In this document: positions 47,572-59,754 of the stretch, piece after piece
Layout: each line of letters starts with the position of its first letter
Numbering within the stretch: the stretch's first letter is position 1
Source of the DNA: Nemertoderma westbladi
Lineage: Eukaryota > Animalia > Xenacoelomorpha
Length of the DNA: 64,000 bases
Assembly: GCA_032718475.1 (NCBI GenBank)
Contig: JAUCBJ010006410.1
Span: 16,443-80,442 of the forward strand
Direction: 5' to 3'
Notes under the pieces: model-generated
Database searches by the model: none
Told to the model about the DNA's origin: nothing
Seen by the model: only the letters and a program-made list of their open reading frames with translations
Made by a program: the position numbers and the translations under genes

Positions 47572-48729
47572 CCCTTTAACACCGGCTTAATAAAAATTTT
47601 CTGCATTGAAAACCGTCTATAGAAAAAAAAAAATTTTTTTGAAAAATTGTCAAAATCCTGGAAATTAAAAACTAAAAAAAAAAATTTCAAAATTTTTTTT
47701 CAATATTTTACCTTTAGTATTGTAAACGACCGGTTAACTGGGCCGGGTTCAAACCCGGGCCAGGTTTGGGTGACCCGGACCCTGCAAAAAAGATGCCAGG
47801 TACCGGGTTTTGTTAAAATTAAGCAATTTGCTTGAATGAGAATGACAAGCCTGTTTGAGAGTTTGACATACCTATAATATACGTAGGTACCAGTCAGGTA
47901 GTAGTAGCATCTTTCTTACATTTTATATCATTTTCGATTTTTATTTTCATTTTTTTTCTTTTGATTTTTTTTTTCATTTGTATCATTTTTGATATCACAA
48001 GTGTTGACCCGGACCCGGCAAAATGTTCGAACTGGTCGTTTACTACTTTAGTAGTTTAGGCCTTACATTAGTACAAAAATATTTTTCAAAAATTTTTTTT
48101 TTTAATTTTATGAAAAGAAATGTTAAAAAATCTTATGAAATTTTTTTTTTTAATTTAATGAAAAAAAATTTTGAAAAATTGTTTGTACTAATGTACGCCT
48201 ACTATACTATACTACTAAAGGTAAAATATAAACAGATATTTAACTTCTATCACCATTTTGGCCTTGTTTTGCCATTATTATTATAAGAAATGGAAATAAA
48301 TATTATAATATAAAAGATTGTATATATTATAATAGAGTAATGATACTGTATGTTATGCATGTGACAAATGTTCCAGATGGTGGATTGATTTTAATTAATT
48401 TATTAAGCTTTACCAAACTTTGCAACATTACTGTTAACTGTGTTGAGGAAAGCAGTGAATGGGGATAATGTAAACTATTCTTTGTGTTCTTTAGTCGTTA
48501 TTCTTTATGTAAACAGTATAAACTCAGGATGCTAAATCAGCTGGAGGTGATGCGTTATAGGCTAATTATACACTTATATATGGCCTGCATGTCTGCCGGC
48601 TATAAGGGAATACTGCATTGAAAACCGGCGCCATAACAAATCACTAGCAAAGCATAGATCAGTGACGGGTGGTGCCCATCTGCTGCACAAGTCATTAACG
48701 GGCACCACCCGTTTGCCAGCGTTAAAGGG
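47572..48729. mobile_element. piggyBac-like non-autonomous element, TTAA TSD
   Basis: TTAA|CCCTTTAACACCGGC ... GCCAGCGTTAAAGGG|TTAA, inserted in the TTAA of a host 30-bp repeat. Confidence 0.88.
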
Positions 48730-49448
48730 TTAAATATCATGCGTATGACATTTCAGTTGTAAACTGAAACTCGTTCTCACGACTTTTCAGCTCTTAAATC
48801 TCGTGCGCATGACTTTTCAGCTCTTAAATCTCATGCACACGACCTTTCAGCTCTTAAATCTCGTGCGCCCGACTTTTCAGTTATGAAGAAAAAAACAATC
48901 ATGCGATGGCCCTTCAGAGCCACCATAGTATACCAGGTTGCGGATATGGATTACCAGTCACACATCGTTGGCACCAACTCAAGAACCGTCTTAACAATGA
49001 GGCAAGAAGAAAGGCTAAGGGATGAATGCCCTGCCCCACGATATTATAATTTATTATGGTGAAAAATGACAATTGGTAAATAATAATGCATATTTTCATT
49101 ATATTATTATAGTACATCATAAACACTGTAGCATACTTTAAATATTAAATATAGATATAATTGCAATTTGTCTAACAATTAGACAATACAGCAATACCGG
49201 GCTGGATTTAGGCATAGTCCGAGTAGGCCATGGCCTAGGGCCTCCCACATAAATACTAAGCTTATATTCTGATATACAAGATATTTTTTTTATAAAAATA
49301 AATTAATAATATTATTTGTTAAACTGTTATTTACAGTACCGGTCTGGTTCAATTATTATGTAAATATACATTCTAACAAATTTTCGGAAATATCTCATCA
49401 CATGCTTGCATTTAAAAATTTACAGGGCCTGTGTGTGTGTATATGTAT

Positions 49449-49803
49449 AAAGGTGCCAGAGGTTCCCCAAAAGCATAGCCCTTAACTGAGACAAACCTAA
49501 CCTTTTCATATTTGCAATACTAAACAACGTTAAAAAAATTTTCTTGATTCGCTTGCTTTTTACTTTAAGGGCGCCAGAGGTGCCCCAAAAGCATAGCGCT
49601 TAGGGGGACAAACCTAACCTTTTCATATTTGCAATACTAAACAACGTTAAAAAAAATTTTCTTGATTCACTTGCTTTTTACTTTAAGGGCGCCAGAGGTG
49701 CCCCAAAAGCATAGCGCTAGAGGGGGACAAACCTAACCTTTTCATATTTGCAATACTAAACAACATTAAAAGAAATTTTCTTGATTTTCTCGCTTTTTAC
49801 TTT
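49449..49803. repeat. ~118-bp tandem repeat, 3 copies
   Basis: GCCAGAGGTGCCCCAAAAGCATAGC...GCTTTTTACTTTA repeated. Confidence 0.92.
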
Positions 49804-51940
49804 ACATTCATTTAAAGATTACGTTTGATTGTGATCTATTACCGGCCATGGCTATGGTTAACATGCAAGTCATCAAAACTAAGTAACTAATAGCTGAATA
49901 GTGAATGAGTTAATAATTTGAACCTTAATGGGCTTTGAACATTATAAACTTTTTACAATACATTCTTATATTCTTATCTTTTAAACACCCATTTCTTATC
50001 TTTAGCAATTATAGTTTATGAAAGTCCCAGGAAATATTAAAAAATTAGCATTGCCCATAAAACTGTGACTAAAAATTTAATGGATGTGGCCCTCCCTACA
50101 GTTTTTTATATTTGTATACTATATATAATAGGAAATCATCAACAAAATCGTCAATAGGAAATCATCAACAAACCATACAATAAGTAAATTACCAATATAT
50201 ACTGGCATTGCAAATAGATTATATATTTTAATTAATATGTTAGTTTATTAATATTAATACTGGTACTAATTATAGGCCTAATCTGCTAATACAAATTGCA
50301 TCAGGGAAATCCATTTTAAAATATAAAAACGACAAGAAAATATACACCGAATTGGTGTCAGAGTTGAAAAAAGGGGTCCTACGAATTCCCCCAAAAAAAC
50401 ACAATAATACCCAAAATAAACACAACATTATACAAAAAAGTACTGGTACCCAAAATGACCTGTGGTAATTGTGAGTAAACATACCTCAGTACCTGTGTGC
50501 GTGTGGCAAACCAAATGTAACCAAACTGGGAAAACCTACAGGAGATTATTTACAAGCACATCACAGATAAATGAAAGAAAGTGAGAAATCTATTATATCT
50601 TTATTCAGAATATTCCCAAATACGTAGAACTAAATTAAAAAAATCAGCTGCAATAAATCTACGAAACCATCCAACAACAGTACCAATTTTTTATGTGAAA
50701 ATCTAAACCATGACATGTTCAGCACGGATTTATGAAAGAGAAAGAAAGATGTTGAATAAAAAAACTGGCTAGAAATAAAATGTTAAGTTTTAATTAATAA
50801 ATCTAATTCAATTAATAAATGTATTTGTATATTATGACTACCACATGTTTCCACATATCAATAAGAAATATAAGTATATTTTATATTAACATATTCCAAT
50901 TGCAGTATTGGTAATAATGTTAGAAAAGCAATTACTGGGATGCATACCATGATTCACAAACATTTCGCTATAAATTTATAATTAATTAATTATAAATAAC
51001 AACTATACCAATACCAGTACTATAAATTAATGATAATGATACTATTCAATAATAATTGGCATTGATTACATAAAAAATTACATAAAAGTAAAATTATAAT
51101 TGAATAACTTGTGAATTATGCAATTAACTGAAACAATTGATATAGGCTTATGTTAATAACTAAATAATTATAAATTACACTACAGTAATAACTAAAAAAT
51201 CTATGTTATTTCCATGATAAAAGTAAAATATTAATTACTGCAATATAATTAACTAAATTGCACTGTAATAGTATAAGGATAAGGTAGGGTAGGCCTATAT
51301 TAATTATAAATTAAATTAACTAACCAAGGTTAACTGAAAAAAATACTAATTATAAATGCACTCTGCCACCAGGTGGATCTTCCCAATAAATGTCTGGTGG
51401 TCGAGGTTACCACTGAGACTCAAGAAGCCCCCAGCTTATGGAGTCTCAAAGGGATCAAAATCATAAAAGTACTACAGTACTCAAAAATTATATAATAAAT
51501 AGTGTACGTATGAAATATTTAAAAGCTATTCAATTGTTGTTATTGCGGCAATAAATAATTATTGCAGTAATACATAAATATTGTGGTAATAAATAATAGC
51601 ACTTTATATGATGCACTTCTCACGATTTATACGTGATACCAATACCGGGTACATCAATGGAAAGTAATATTAATCATAATTGTACTTCTCACGATTTTTT
51701 TTTACACAATAACAATATAATTTTACGTAGCGCCTAAAAGGAAATTTTGAGAAACAATTTTGTCTAGGTTGTTCACACAACTTTGTATCTTGTTGTGCTC
51801 ACAAGATTAAGTTAGTTTTCTAACTTCCCATTTGTTACATTGAAAGCATCATGTGGTAGGAATTTTTAAAATACAACAGACAAACCACTTCTCACATCTC
51901 TAGGCTGCATGTGTATAATTATGGGTTTGTTCAGAAGTGG

Positions 51941-52051
51941 AAAAATGAGAAAGTGCGTCACCGGGGGTTGAACCAGCGCTATAAGTACGTAACAGGCCTA
52001 ACAGGCCTCATCAGTAGCACTAACCAGCTCAGCCACTAGCCCCTGACACTC
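51941..52051 (-). ncRNA. tRNA-like Pol III unit with embedded hammerhead, copy 1 (core GAAA mutated)
   Basis: Minus strand: A box TGGCTGAGCTGG; GTGCTA-CTGATGA-GGCCT-GTT-AGGCC-TGTTA-CGTACT-TA-TAGCGC; B box GGTTCAACCCC; T5 terminator; TATAAG about 20 nt upstream. Confidence 0.7.
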
Positions 52052-52289
52052 AAACTCCCACCTAAACCACTTATATTGAACGGCAGTCTTAAGTTGCATA
52101 TATTCTATCTCTAACAGCGGACCTAACGGCCTCAAGTATGCTAGAGTGAAACAGGAGGGAAATACAAATAAATATATATTCAGCTCGAGTATTGCTGCCA
52201 GGTGATATTAATTAAATAAATTGGAGATGAGCTGTTGCAACTGTAATCAATGATGTAATGGTAGGCCTAATGGTTTTGTTCAGAAGTGG

Positions 52290-52400
52290 AAAAAATGAGA
52301 AAGCGCATCACCGGGGGTTGTACCAGAGCTATACGTACGTTTCAGCCTAAGAGGCCTCATCAGTAGCGCTAACCAGCTCAGCCACTAACCCCTGACACTC
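52290..52400 (-). ncRNA. tRNA-like Pol III unit with embedded minimal type I hammerhead, copy 2 (intact core, 52326-52369)
   Basis: Minus strand: A box TGGCTGAGCTGG; GCGCTA-CTGATGA-GGCCT-CTT-AGGCT-GAAA-CGTACG-TA-TAGCTC; B-box variant GGTACAACCCC; T6 terminator. Confidence 0.82.
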
Positions 52401-54807
52401 ACAGTCCCACCTAATCCACTTCTATTGTAAGGGCAGTCTTAAGTTGTATATATTCTATTATATATTCTCTAGGCTGCAGGCTACTTTAAATTTCCTAATC
52501 AGACTCTATATCCAAATTGGGCTTATTATATTACCCTACTTCCCTACTACACTGCATTATTAAAATACAACAGTCAAACCACTTCTCACATCTATAAGCT
52601 GCTTGGCTACTTTATATTTCCTGATTTGGCTCTATTACCCTATACCTATGCTATAGGCCTACTGCTGTACTGCAATACTACGCTACAACTGTTACAATTT
52701 TGAAAAATTCTGAAAATGCCACTAATGCATTGTTTTAGAATAGTTTGACCAATTAAAATTCAAAATACTAAGTTGTGCAGTGCATACAACTTATTAAGTT
52801 GTGCCCACAAGATATAAGTTGTGCACACAAAATCTAAGTTGTGCGCACAAATTGGGCACAAGATACTATGTTGTGCACACAAGATACTAATTTGTGTACA
52901 CAAGATAGAAAAAAATATATTTTGCATGTCCCTTTAGGCTGTTAGGGGCCCCCTAGAATTTAGCAACCAATGACAGTCCTATGCTGATTTATTAAGTGGA
53001 CACATGATGGCTTCCACTCCACAGCCCTCCATTAAGTGTATGAAATATTAATAGCCTTAGATTGAATTCAAACCTGTGTCAATAATGAATATGCAAATTG
53101 TTATGATTTTGATCCTTATGAGAACACATACTCATCATTAGTACAGCAGAGTGATGGCCCCCTGATGACAATCCCCACATCTGGTACTATGTGCGAGTGA
53201 GTTGCTGGCATATCAGCTGAATGACTAGAACTGGACTTCCTCATATAAGAAGAGTTCATGGCCTTCGAGCAGCACTCACAAGTAGTTTCATCATCATCAC
53301 TCATGCGATGCTGTGTTTAGCCACCACCACTGGAATATGGTGGTTGACATCTCCTGACCTTATAACTTCAATACCGGTACTCTCGAACTTCAATACAAGG
53401 TTCGTACGGTACTACCTCTACTGCAAATACTGCGCTTTTTACTACCACTACCACAAATGCCAACTACTGTGGTATTTCTGGTAGTTGGTTTTTAGTTTTT
53501 CCAATTTACAGTTTTTAAGCAAATTTCCAATTGGGGCGCTGTTTCTGCCTGCCAATGGAATTCCTGTTAAATTGATTTGAAAAATAAGTACCTAAGAAGT
53601 AAAACTTTTACTGTAAATTGTGTTCCTAAGTTAAGTTGAAGTATGTATGTCATAACAGGCTGAAACAGCAGTAGGCCTAATACAGTAATAGTCAAATAAT
53701 TTGGTCAAATAATTTTCTAAAATAATAATCCTGATTTCGTATAATAACTATGAAATTTATAAGATATAAATTATTTATAATACGAAAAAATTACAAAACT
53801 TTTTTGGTATCAAATCGCATTTTCTTACAATCACATTAATATCACATTGTATCCTTGATTTATACCTTCAAAAATCACCTATTATATGCAAAATAAACGT
53901 TCAGCCATCATTACAGCAGTTACACATTACATATGAAAAATTGATTTGTATTGTATCGTATTTTCTCTCAACAAACTGACAAAAACAAATAGAAGTTAAA
54001 TTTAAATTGAATTGAATTGAACTTGAATTATTAATTCAAGAAAACAATTTACCAAAAATAAACGCCACACTTTTTAAAAAATCGTTAAAAAGTGAGCTTT
54101 ATTAAAAAAAATAAAAAATTTAAAAAAGCTTAATACCAGCTACATTTTTTGCTGCCGCAACTACCTACAGCAAAGCCTTACTATTACTGCTACCGCAAAA
54201 AGTAACTACGGTATGATCCCTGCTTCACTACTCTTATTGTAATAAAAAAGCTGTATTCATGCCATATTGAATATGCTACAGTATTGTTTTAGTAGGTAAA
54301 TGAAATGTGAACCTACCGAAGTTATCACTCATAAGTAAGTCAGATAATATGATTATATGTGAAAATTTGGTATCAATTGTTTCAAAAATGGCAGCAAGGT
54401 ATAGGTATTTGTCATTGTATCGCAAATATGATAGAACTGTAACTTCAAATGAAAAGAATAAAGTTTTACCACTTTATAAAAGTACTTGACAAAACATATT
54501 TGTACAGAAGTCCCACAATTTGATATTATATTAAATACTATACAGGACAATGCATACATACATACATACATTATTTATATTTATATATCTCACATTCTTA
54601 CTATGCTGTAATATCATTTATGAAGCTAGGTTAATCATAGAATAGGTACAGACTTTGTACAATTGTATTCTCACTCCTCAGTAAAACATTTACCTACATT
54701 ACAAGTGTTAGTGTAACATATGCTGCTACTAAGAAGAAAAGTGATTAATAATAATTTAATTTAATGGGCCTAATTTTAATACAAATATAGGATATACTGC
54801 TTCTAAA

Positions 54808-57800
54808 ATGTCATCTGTAGGAATTACTTTGAGACTCCGAGGATTGTCATGGTCTGCAGCTGCAAGGGATATCAGGGCATTTTTTGCAGGAATCTCTATA
54901 CCTGATGGTGGTGTCCACATTATTGGTGGGGATAATGGTGAAGCTTTTATCACATTTAATAATGATAGTGATTTTCATGCTGCAATGCAAAGAAACGGTG
55001 GTGTAATTCATAACTCACCTGTAAGCCTGACTTTGAGCTCTAAGGATGAAATGAATTACATAATCAAATGTGTTAGAAACAATGCTTCTATTCCCGATCC
55101 AAGTTTGAGTAAATCCTCGTATGGTGCAGTATCTGGGGAGAGTACATCACCAGAAAAATTGATGTCTGGAGGTAACAGGATTGATGATAGTAGGGAGGCT
55201 ATGCATGGCGTTAAACATTCTTCAGCTTATGATGATAATAATGCAACCAGAACTAGACTACATGCGGACTCACATTTCGGGTTGGCTACAGATAACTTTA
55301 TACAACAGTGGTCATCAAGTGGATCCTCTGTAAAGCAAAGAGAATCTATAGTCAGAGCTCATGACAAGGAGAGCATTACTCATCAGCAAAATGTTCAAGA
55401 GGTTTATTCAACATTAATTGACGATAACTCAGGTCAGCAATTGAAACTAAATCGTGATAACAATATGTGGAATACAGAAGATCATCTTAGATCTACCCAG
55501 CATCATCCCAATGTTACTCCTAGGGAGTCTTCTGTTATGCATTTTCAATCCGAATTAAGAGGAAAACAAACTACCATGGTTGACTTACAGCCTCCCAGGC
55601 TGGAAAAACCTGATAGACAATTTGATGTTGGAGTTGTCCCATACTCTATGAATGCTCCACCAATGCATTCTCAACAGAAATGGGATACTCCTATGAGTGA
55701 TGCAAATGACAGACAGCACTGGCAAGGTCCTGGGGCCACTAAAAGTTATAAAAACATTGACCCTGTTCCATGGCATCAGAGTCCATCTCATCTGGGAAGT
55801 TCACATTCATCAAATCAGGGTGGACATATTCCTGAAGCGAAATCTTTGATCCAGGGTGGATTGCCTCCCCTCCAGATTCAGAACAACCAACATAATTCTG
55901 CAATAAATGTTAGGGAAAACATTACACAAGGACATGATTGTGATATCTATGACAATGATGGTGAAGGTGATATTCCTTTTCTGGATGAAAAACGGGTCTC
56001 TGGTTCTATTATGGGTTCTCTTCCAGGTTTATTACCTAATAAACCATTCATGAACCGTCATGAAATAGCCCAGGAAAATCAACAACGAAAACCACAATCT
56101 GGAGCTGCTGAGTGGCCTGTTGGTGATGCAGAATGGCCCATTGGTGATGATCGCAGACAATTACAAGGCTTCCATCCAACAATGGTACGGTCAGGGTCTG
56201 ATACCCCTATGCTAAAAGCTTGGTCTGGGGGTGCCCCTCAATACCATCATGGCCTCCCTGTTGATCCTTCAGCGCGAATTAAGATGCCAATAAAGCATGA
56301 TGTTCGGCCACTGATTGATTTCCATCCACGACCAAGGGCACCACCACCACCCCCTTCCGATACCAACACCGCTTTGTTTATAATACGTGATTTACCCATT
56401 GGTGTTCCTCCACATGATTTGCGCAATGTCCTTTCAAAACATAATATTCGGCCTTCCGAAGTTCATATTCGGCCCAACAGATTCGAGCCAGCCAAGGATA
56501 TGGTCGCATTTCTTAAAGTTAATTCTCCTCAAGAAATATCAACATTACTTGCAGTTAGCAGTTTACCCTTTGGTAAAGGTACAATACGTATTAAACAGTG
56601 TCAAGATGCCACATGGCAACTAGAAGTAGTTGAAAAGGGAGGTCTTACTCTTAAACCTTCAAAAACCCCATCATTGCAGTCCCAGCCACCAACTAAGTTC
56701 CAACCACCATTTCAGTCACAACCACCAATGCATCCACAGCCACCAATACCACCACAACTACCCATTCATGGACAACCACATATGCATGGACAGTCGCAGA
56801 TCCATACAAACACAGAACCAATACATGGACAGCCAGCAATGTATAGGAATGGGCAACCACCAATGCAGTCGCAACAATCAATGCAAAGACACCCACAGAT
56901 GCTTGGGCAACCACCAATGCAAGGACAACAACCATTGCCAATGCAGGGACAACCATCATTGCCGATGCAGGCTGGACAACCATCATTGCTGATACAGGGT
57001 CAGCCACCATTGCAGATGCAGGGACAACCAGTAATGCCATTTGATCGAGGACCACCTGCTGCCAAAGGTTTACTCCCAACACCATCACTAAACCAAGCCC
57101 TGAGCAATGATCCTGAACAACGGCCACATAGTGATATTAACATTATTATGGGCTCCCAACAAATACCACAAGCAGTGCGACCACCATTGAACAGAGAACT
57201 GCCTTACCACATGAACAAGCCTCAGACAGTAGATGTTTGTCAAATGGCCCCAGATCCAAGGCTCCAACATGATATCGATGTTCGATTAAATCGAAACAAT
57301 AGTTCTGCTGATTTAATACCTGGTACCAAATTACCATCGCATCCACATCCTAAATCATTGAGTGAAGAATTTGACAGGGACACTTTTAGTAAAAGGGGAG
57401 ATAAGAATAGGCACGAAATTTTGGAGGGCCCAGAGAGTAGGTATCCACAACATGACGTTGTGAAAGGCCTGGAAAGTATGGGCACACGCCATGACATTCC
57501 AAGTGGCCAAGAGAGTAGATACCCACAACATGACATTGCAAAGGGCCAAGAAAGTAGGTTCCTTAGGCATGATATTCTTAAAGATCAAGAGACTCAGCAC
57601 CCACGGGATGGTGCTCCAAAGACTGTTATGAAATGTGTTGCTATTACAAACCTACCACAGAACATCCATGAAGCTGAATTAGAATACATGTACCGGGGAC
57701 TGCGGATAGTTCCTAATGGGATTTATATTGAGAGAGACCGCAGTGGTTACTTGCAGAAAGGTGGATTCGTGTTTATTGAATTTGCTTCAGAAGAGGAACA

Positions 57801-59754
57801 GTGTGATGCTTTACTGAAGGATGGATTAACTGTTGAAGGGGTTCCTGTCTACATGAAAAGTATCTCCAGAGAGGAAGCGTTACTGCGAATTCAAGAGCAT
57901 AAAGATGCCAGTATGGACAGAGATAGGCATTCTAATGGAAATGAATTTCATAAACAATGTAAAAATCGCAAATTAGACAGAGAAGAAAAATCTCTACTAA
58001 ATGATGCCCGTGAGGAGAAAATTCGTAGCTATATTCTGTTGACAAATCTGTCCAGTAAAACAACCAAGAAGTCTCTATGTGGGGGAATTGAGCCATTGCA
58101 CTCAGTATCCTTACATGATATTATTGTTGAAAGCGACGACCATGGTAGATGTCTAGGTCTGGCATATGTACGAAATTTGGGTGAGATTCAAAGTGACAAC
58201 CTGTTGAGAAAAAATAATAGTTCATTTATGGGTAGAACTATAAGAATTGAGCGAGTAACTGATCGGGAGTTGACAGTGAAACTGGAGAAAATCTCTCGAC
58301 GGCGCCACAGCAGGTCTCCTGCACGTCGTAGTAGTCCCAGGGTGCACCAGCACAGTCGGAAGAAAACCAACTCTCCTTCAAGTTCACGGACTAGATCCCC
58401 TAAACGAGCCCGTTTATCACCCAAAATTAAAACCAGATCCCCGATATCAGGTGCCATGAACACAAAATGTTCAGTAAGTATGGAAGATGCCTCCTGTGGG
58501 TTTGTGAGAATATCCCGCTTTCCTGAACCCATTACAGATGAAAGCCTTCGAAAACATCTGAAATGCAATAGCATATTGGATGTTAGCATACACACTGAGG
58601 CTAAACATGGGCGGTGTGCATGGATTAAACTGAAATCCCCTGCTATTGCTAAAGAAATCAGAAAGGAGTTTCATAGAACCATTGTTGAGAACAATAAGAT
58701 TTTTGTAGATATTATGTATCCACGTGAGACTGCAGGGAAGTTCTCAGCGAAGTCACATTCCAATGGCTCAAATAATACTACATTAAGTACTGAAAAGTTG
58801 GACAAACAACCGAAGGCACCATCAGATACACAAGATAATGTTCCAGTAGAAACACAAGAGATTGTACTTGGAGAAACTCAAGAGAATAAACCCCAGGCAC
58901 CAGCTGATAAAGAAGCAATGGTACTTGGGGATACACAAGAGAAGATATCAGGTGATATACAAGATATGGTACAGGTATCATCAACATCAACTGGAAACGA
59001 TGTTGTAAAATTACAAACCAACAAAAATAAAGATGAAATACCAGCCAAAAATATTTCTATGCAAATCCATCCTGATCCATCCATATCATTTTTGGCCAAA
59101 CCAGTTCAACATGCTAATACAGACAAAAAGGGTGATGAAAAATGTATTCTTGTAGCAAAAAATTTGCCTAAAGATGCTGATGAGAAGAAGCTAAAGGGAA
59201 TTTTTTATCATGTAAGGGCAGCCAGTAAATGTTTGTTCATCCCAACTTCTGAGAAAGACAAACAGAATCTCTATATGGTGTTTAATTCTGATGAGCAGGC
59301 CACTAATGTACTTTCTTTAAATGGGAGAATTTTCATGAGAGTGAAATTGGATTTAGCCAGAGTTAGTGCATATGAGTTTGAAGAAGCTGAAAGGGTTAGC
59401 AAGCTTGTCAGCAAAAGCTTAGAAGCACCAACACATAATAGCGTTGTTGGTAAGCCACCAGGATCATTGAAACCGACAGCTAAGGAAGAATTCACCAAAG
59501 GGGCTTTCGTACAGATATCCAACGTTCCAATCACTTACTCTCCAGCCCAGGTGATTGGCATGGCGGGACCTGGTGTCAAATCAGAGACTCTTAAGTTGGC
59601 CTTTAAGGACAGTTGTCTCCACATGGTTATTGGTTATGAGAGTGCGGATGCAGCGTCTGCATCTCTGGAGAAACTTCTGGTAGAGATTACTGATGCCGAA
59701 AAACTTAAACTCGAACAGGTTCGCGTTGGGGTCCTTCCTTCCTCTGCTGTATAA
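54808..59754 (+). CDS. RBM12: RBM12/RBM12B-like multi-RRM RNA-binding protein (1648 aa)
   Basis: N-terminal RRM LRLRGL...DIRAFFAGISIPDGGVHIIGGDNGEAFITF...LSSKDEM matches RBM12; further RRM-like blocks; Pro/Gln-rich repeats; 13-aa GQESRYPQHDI repeats; RS/SP-rich segment. Confidence 0.85.
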   Translation: MSSVGITLRLRGLSWSAAARDIRAFFAGISIPDGGVHIIGGDNGEAFITFNNDSDFHAAMQRNGGVIHNSPVSLTLSSKDEMNYIIKCVRNNASIPDPSLSKSSYGAVSGESTSPEKLMSGGNRIDDSREAMHGVKHSSAYDDNNATRTRLHADSHFGLATDNFIQQWSSSGSSVKQRESIVRAHDKESITHQQNVQEVYSTLIDDNSGQQLKLNRDNNMWNTEDHLRSTQHHPNVTPRESSVMHFQSELRGKQTTMVDLQPPRLEKPDRQFDVGVVPYSMNAPPMHSQQKWDTPMSDANDRQHWQGPGATKSYKNIDPVPWHQSPSHLGSSHSSNQGGHIPEAKSLIQGGLPPLQIQNNQHNSAINVRENITQGHDCDIYDNDGEGDIPFLDEKRVSGSIMGSLPGLLPNKPFMNRHEIAQENQQRKPQSGAAEWPVGDAEWPIGDDRRQLQGFHPTMVRSGSDTPMLKAWSGGAPQYHHGLPVDPSARIKMPIKHDVRPLIDFHPRPRAPPPPPSDTNTALFIIRDLPIGVPPHDLRNVLSKHNIRPSEVHIRPNRFEPAKDMVAFLKVNSPQEISTLLAVSSLPFGKGTIRIKQCQDATWQLEVVEKGGLTLKPSKTPSLQSQPPTKFQPPFQSQPPMHPQPPIPPQLPIHGQPHMHGQSQIHTNTEPIHGQPAMYRNGQPPMQSQQSMQRHPQMLGQPPMQGQQPLPMQGQPSLPMQAGQPSLLIQGQPPLQMQGQPVMPFDRGPPAAKGLLPTPSLNQALSNDPEQRPHSDINIIMGSQQIPQAVRPPLNRELPYHMNKPQTVDVCQMAPDPRLQHDIDVRLNRNNSSADLIPGTKLPSHPHPKSLSEEFDRDTFSKRGDKNRHEILEGPESRYPQHDVVKGLESMGTRHDIPSGQESRYPQHDIAKGQESRFLRHDILKDQETQHPRDGAPKTVMKCVAITNLPQNIHEAELEYMYRGLRIVPNGIYIERDRSGYLQKGGFVFIEFASEEEQCDALLKDGLTVEGVPVYMKSISREEALLRIQEHKDASMDRDRHSNGNEFHKQCKNRKLDREEKSLLNDAREEKIRSYILLTNLSSKTTKKSLCGGIEPLHSVSLHDIIVESDDHGRCLGLAYVRNLGEIQSDNLLRKNNSSFMGRTIRIERVTDRELTVKLEKISRRRHSRSPARRSSPRVHQHSRKKTNSPSSSRTRSPKRARLSPKIKTRSPISGAMNTKCSVSMEDASCGFVRISRFPEPITDESLRKHLKCNSILDVSIHTEAKHGRCAWIKLKSPAIAKEIRKEFHRTIVENNKIFVDIMYPRETAGKFSAKSHSNGSNNTTLSTEKLDKQPKAPSDTQDNVPVETQEIVLGETQENKPQAPADKEAMVLGDTQEKISGDIQDMVQVSSTSTGNDVVKLQTNKNKDEIPAKNISMQIHPDPSISFLAKPVQHANTDKKGDEKCILVAKNLPKDADEKKLKGIFYHVRAASKCLFIPTSEKDKQNLYMVFNSDEQATNVLSLNGRIFMRVKLDLARVSAYEFEEAERVSKLVSKSLEAPTHNSVVGKPPGSLKPTAKEEFTKGAFVQISNVPITYSPAQVIGMAGPGVKSETLKLAFKDSCLHMVIGYESADAASASLEKLLVEITDAEKLKLEQVRVGVLPSSAV

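Larger units (their letters stand above)
43711..48928. mobile_element. Large non-autonomous TIR element with 30-bp subterminal repeats and TTCCCTATAGGGAA palindromes; host of three nested insertions
   Basis: CTATGGTGGCTCTGA..GAAGGGCCATC is mirrored by GATGGCCCTTCAGAGCCACCATAG; GACTTTTCAGCTCTTAAATCTCGTGCGCAC arrays occur in inverted orientation at both ends. Confidence 0.8.
51730..52940. mobile_element. Degenerate TIR element with TTGTGCACACAAG subterminal repeats, enclosing the ribozyme units
   Basis: GCCTAAAAGG...TTGTTCACACAA..GTATCTTG on the left roughly mirrors CAAGATAC..TTGTGTACACAAG...CCCTTTAGGC on the right. Confidence 0.5.

Noticed and set aside
53116-53484. Short GC-richer ORFs on both strands upstream of the RBM12-like gene
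   Set aside because: No recognisable domain and stops in neighbouring frames; cannot be supported as a gene.
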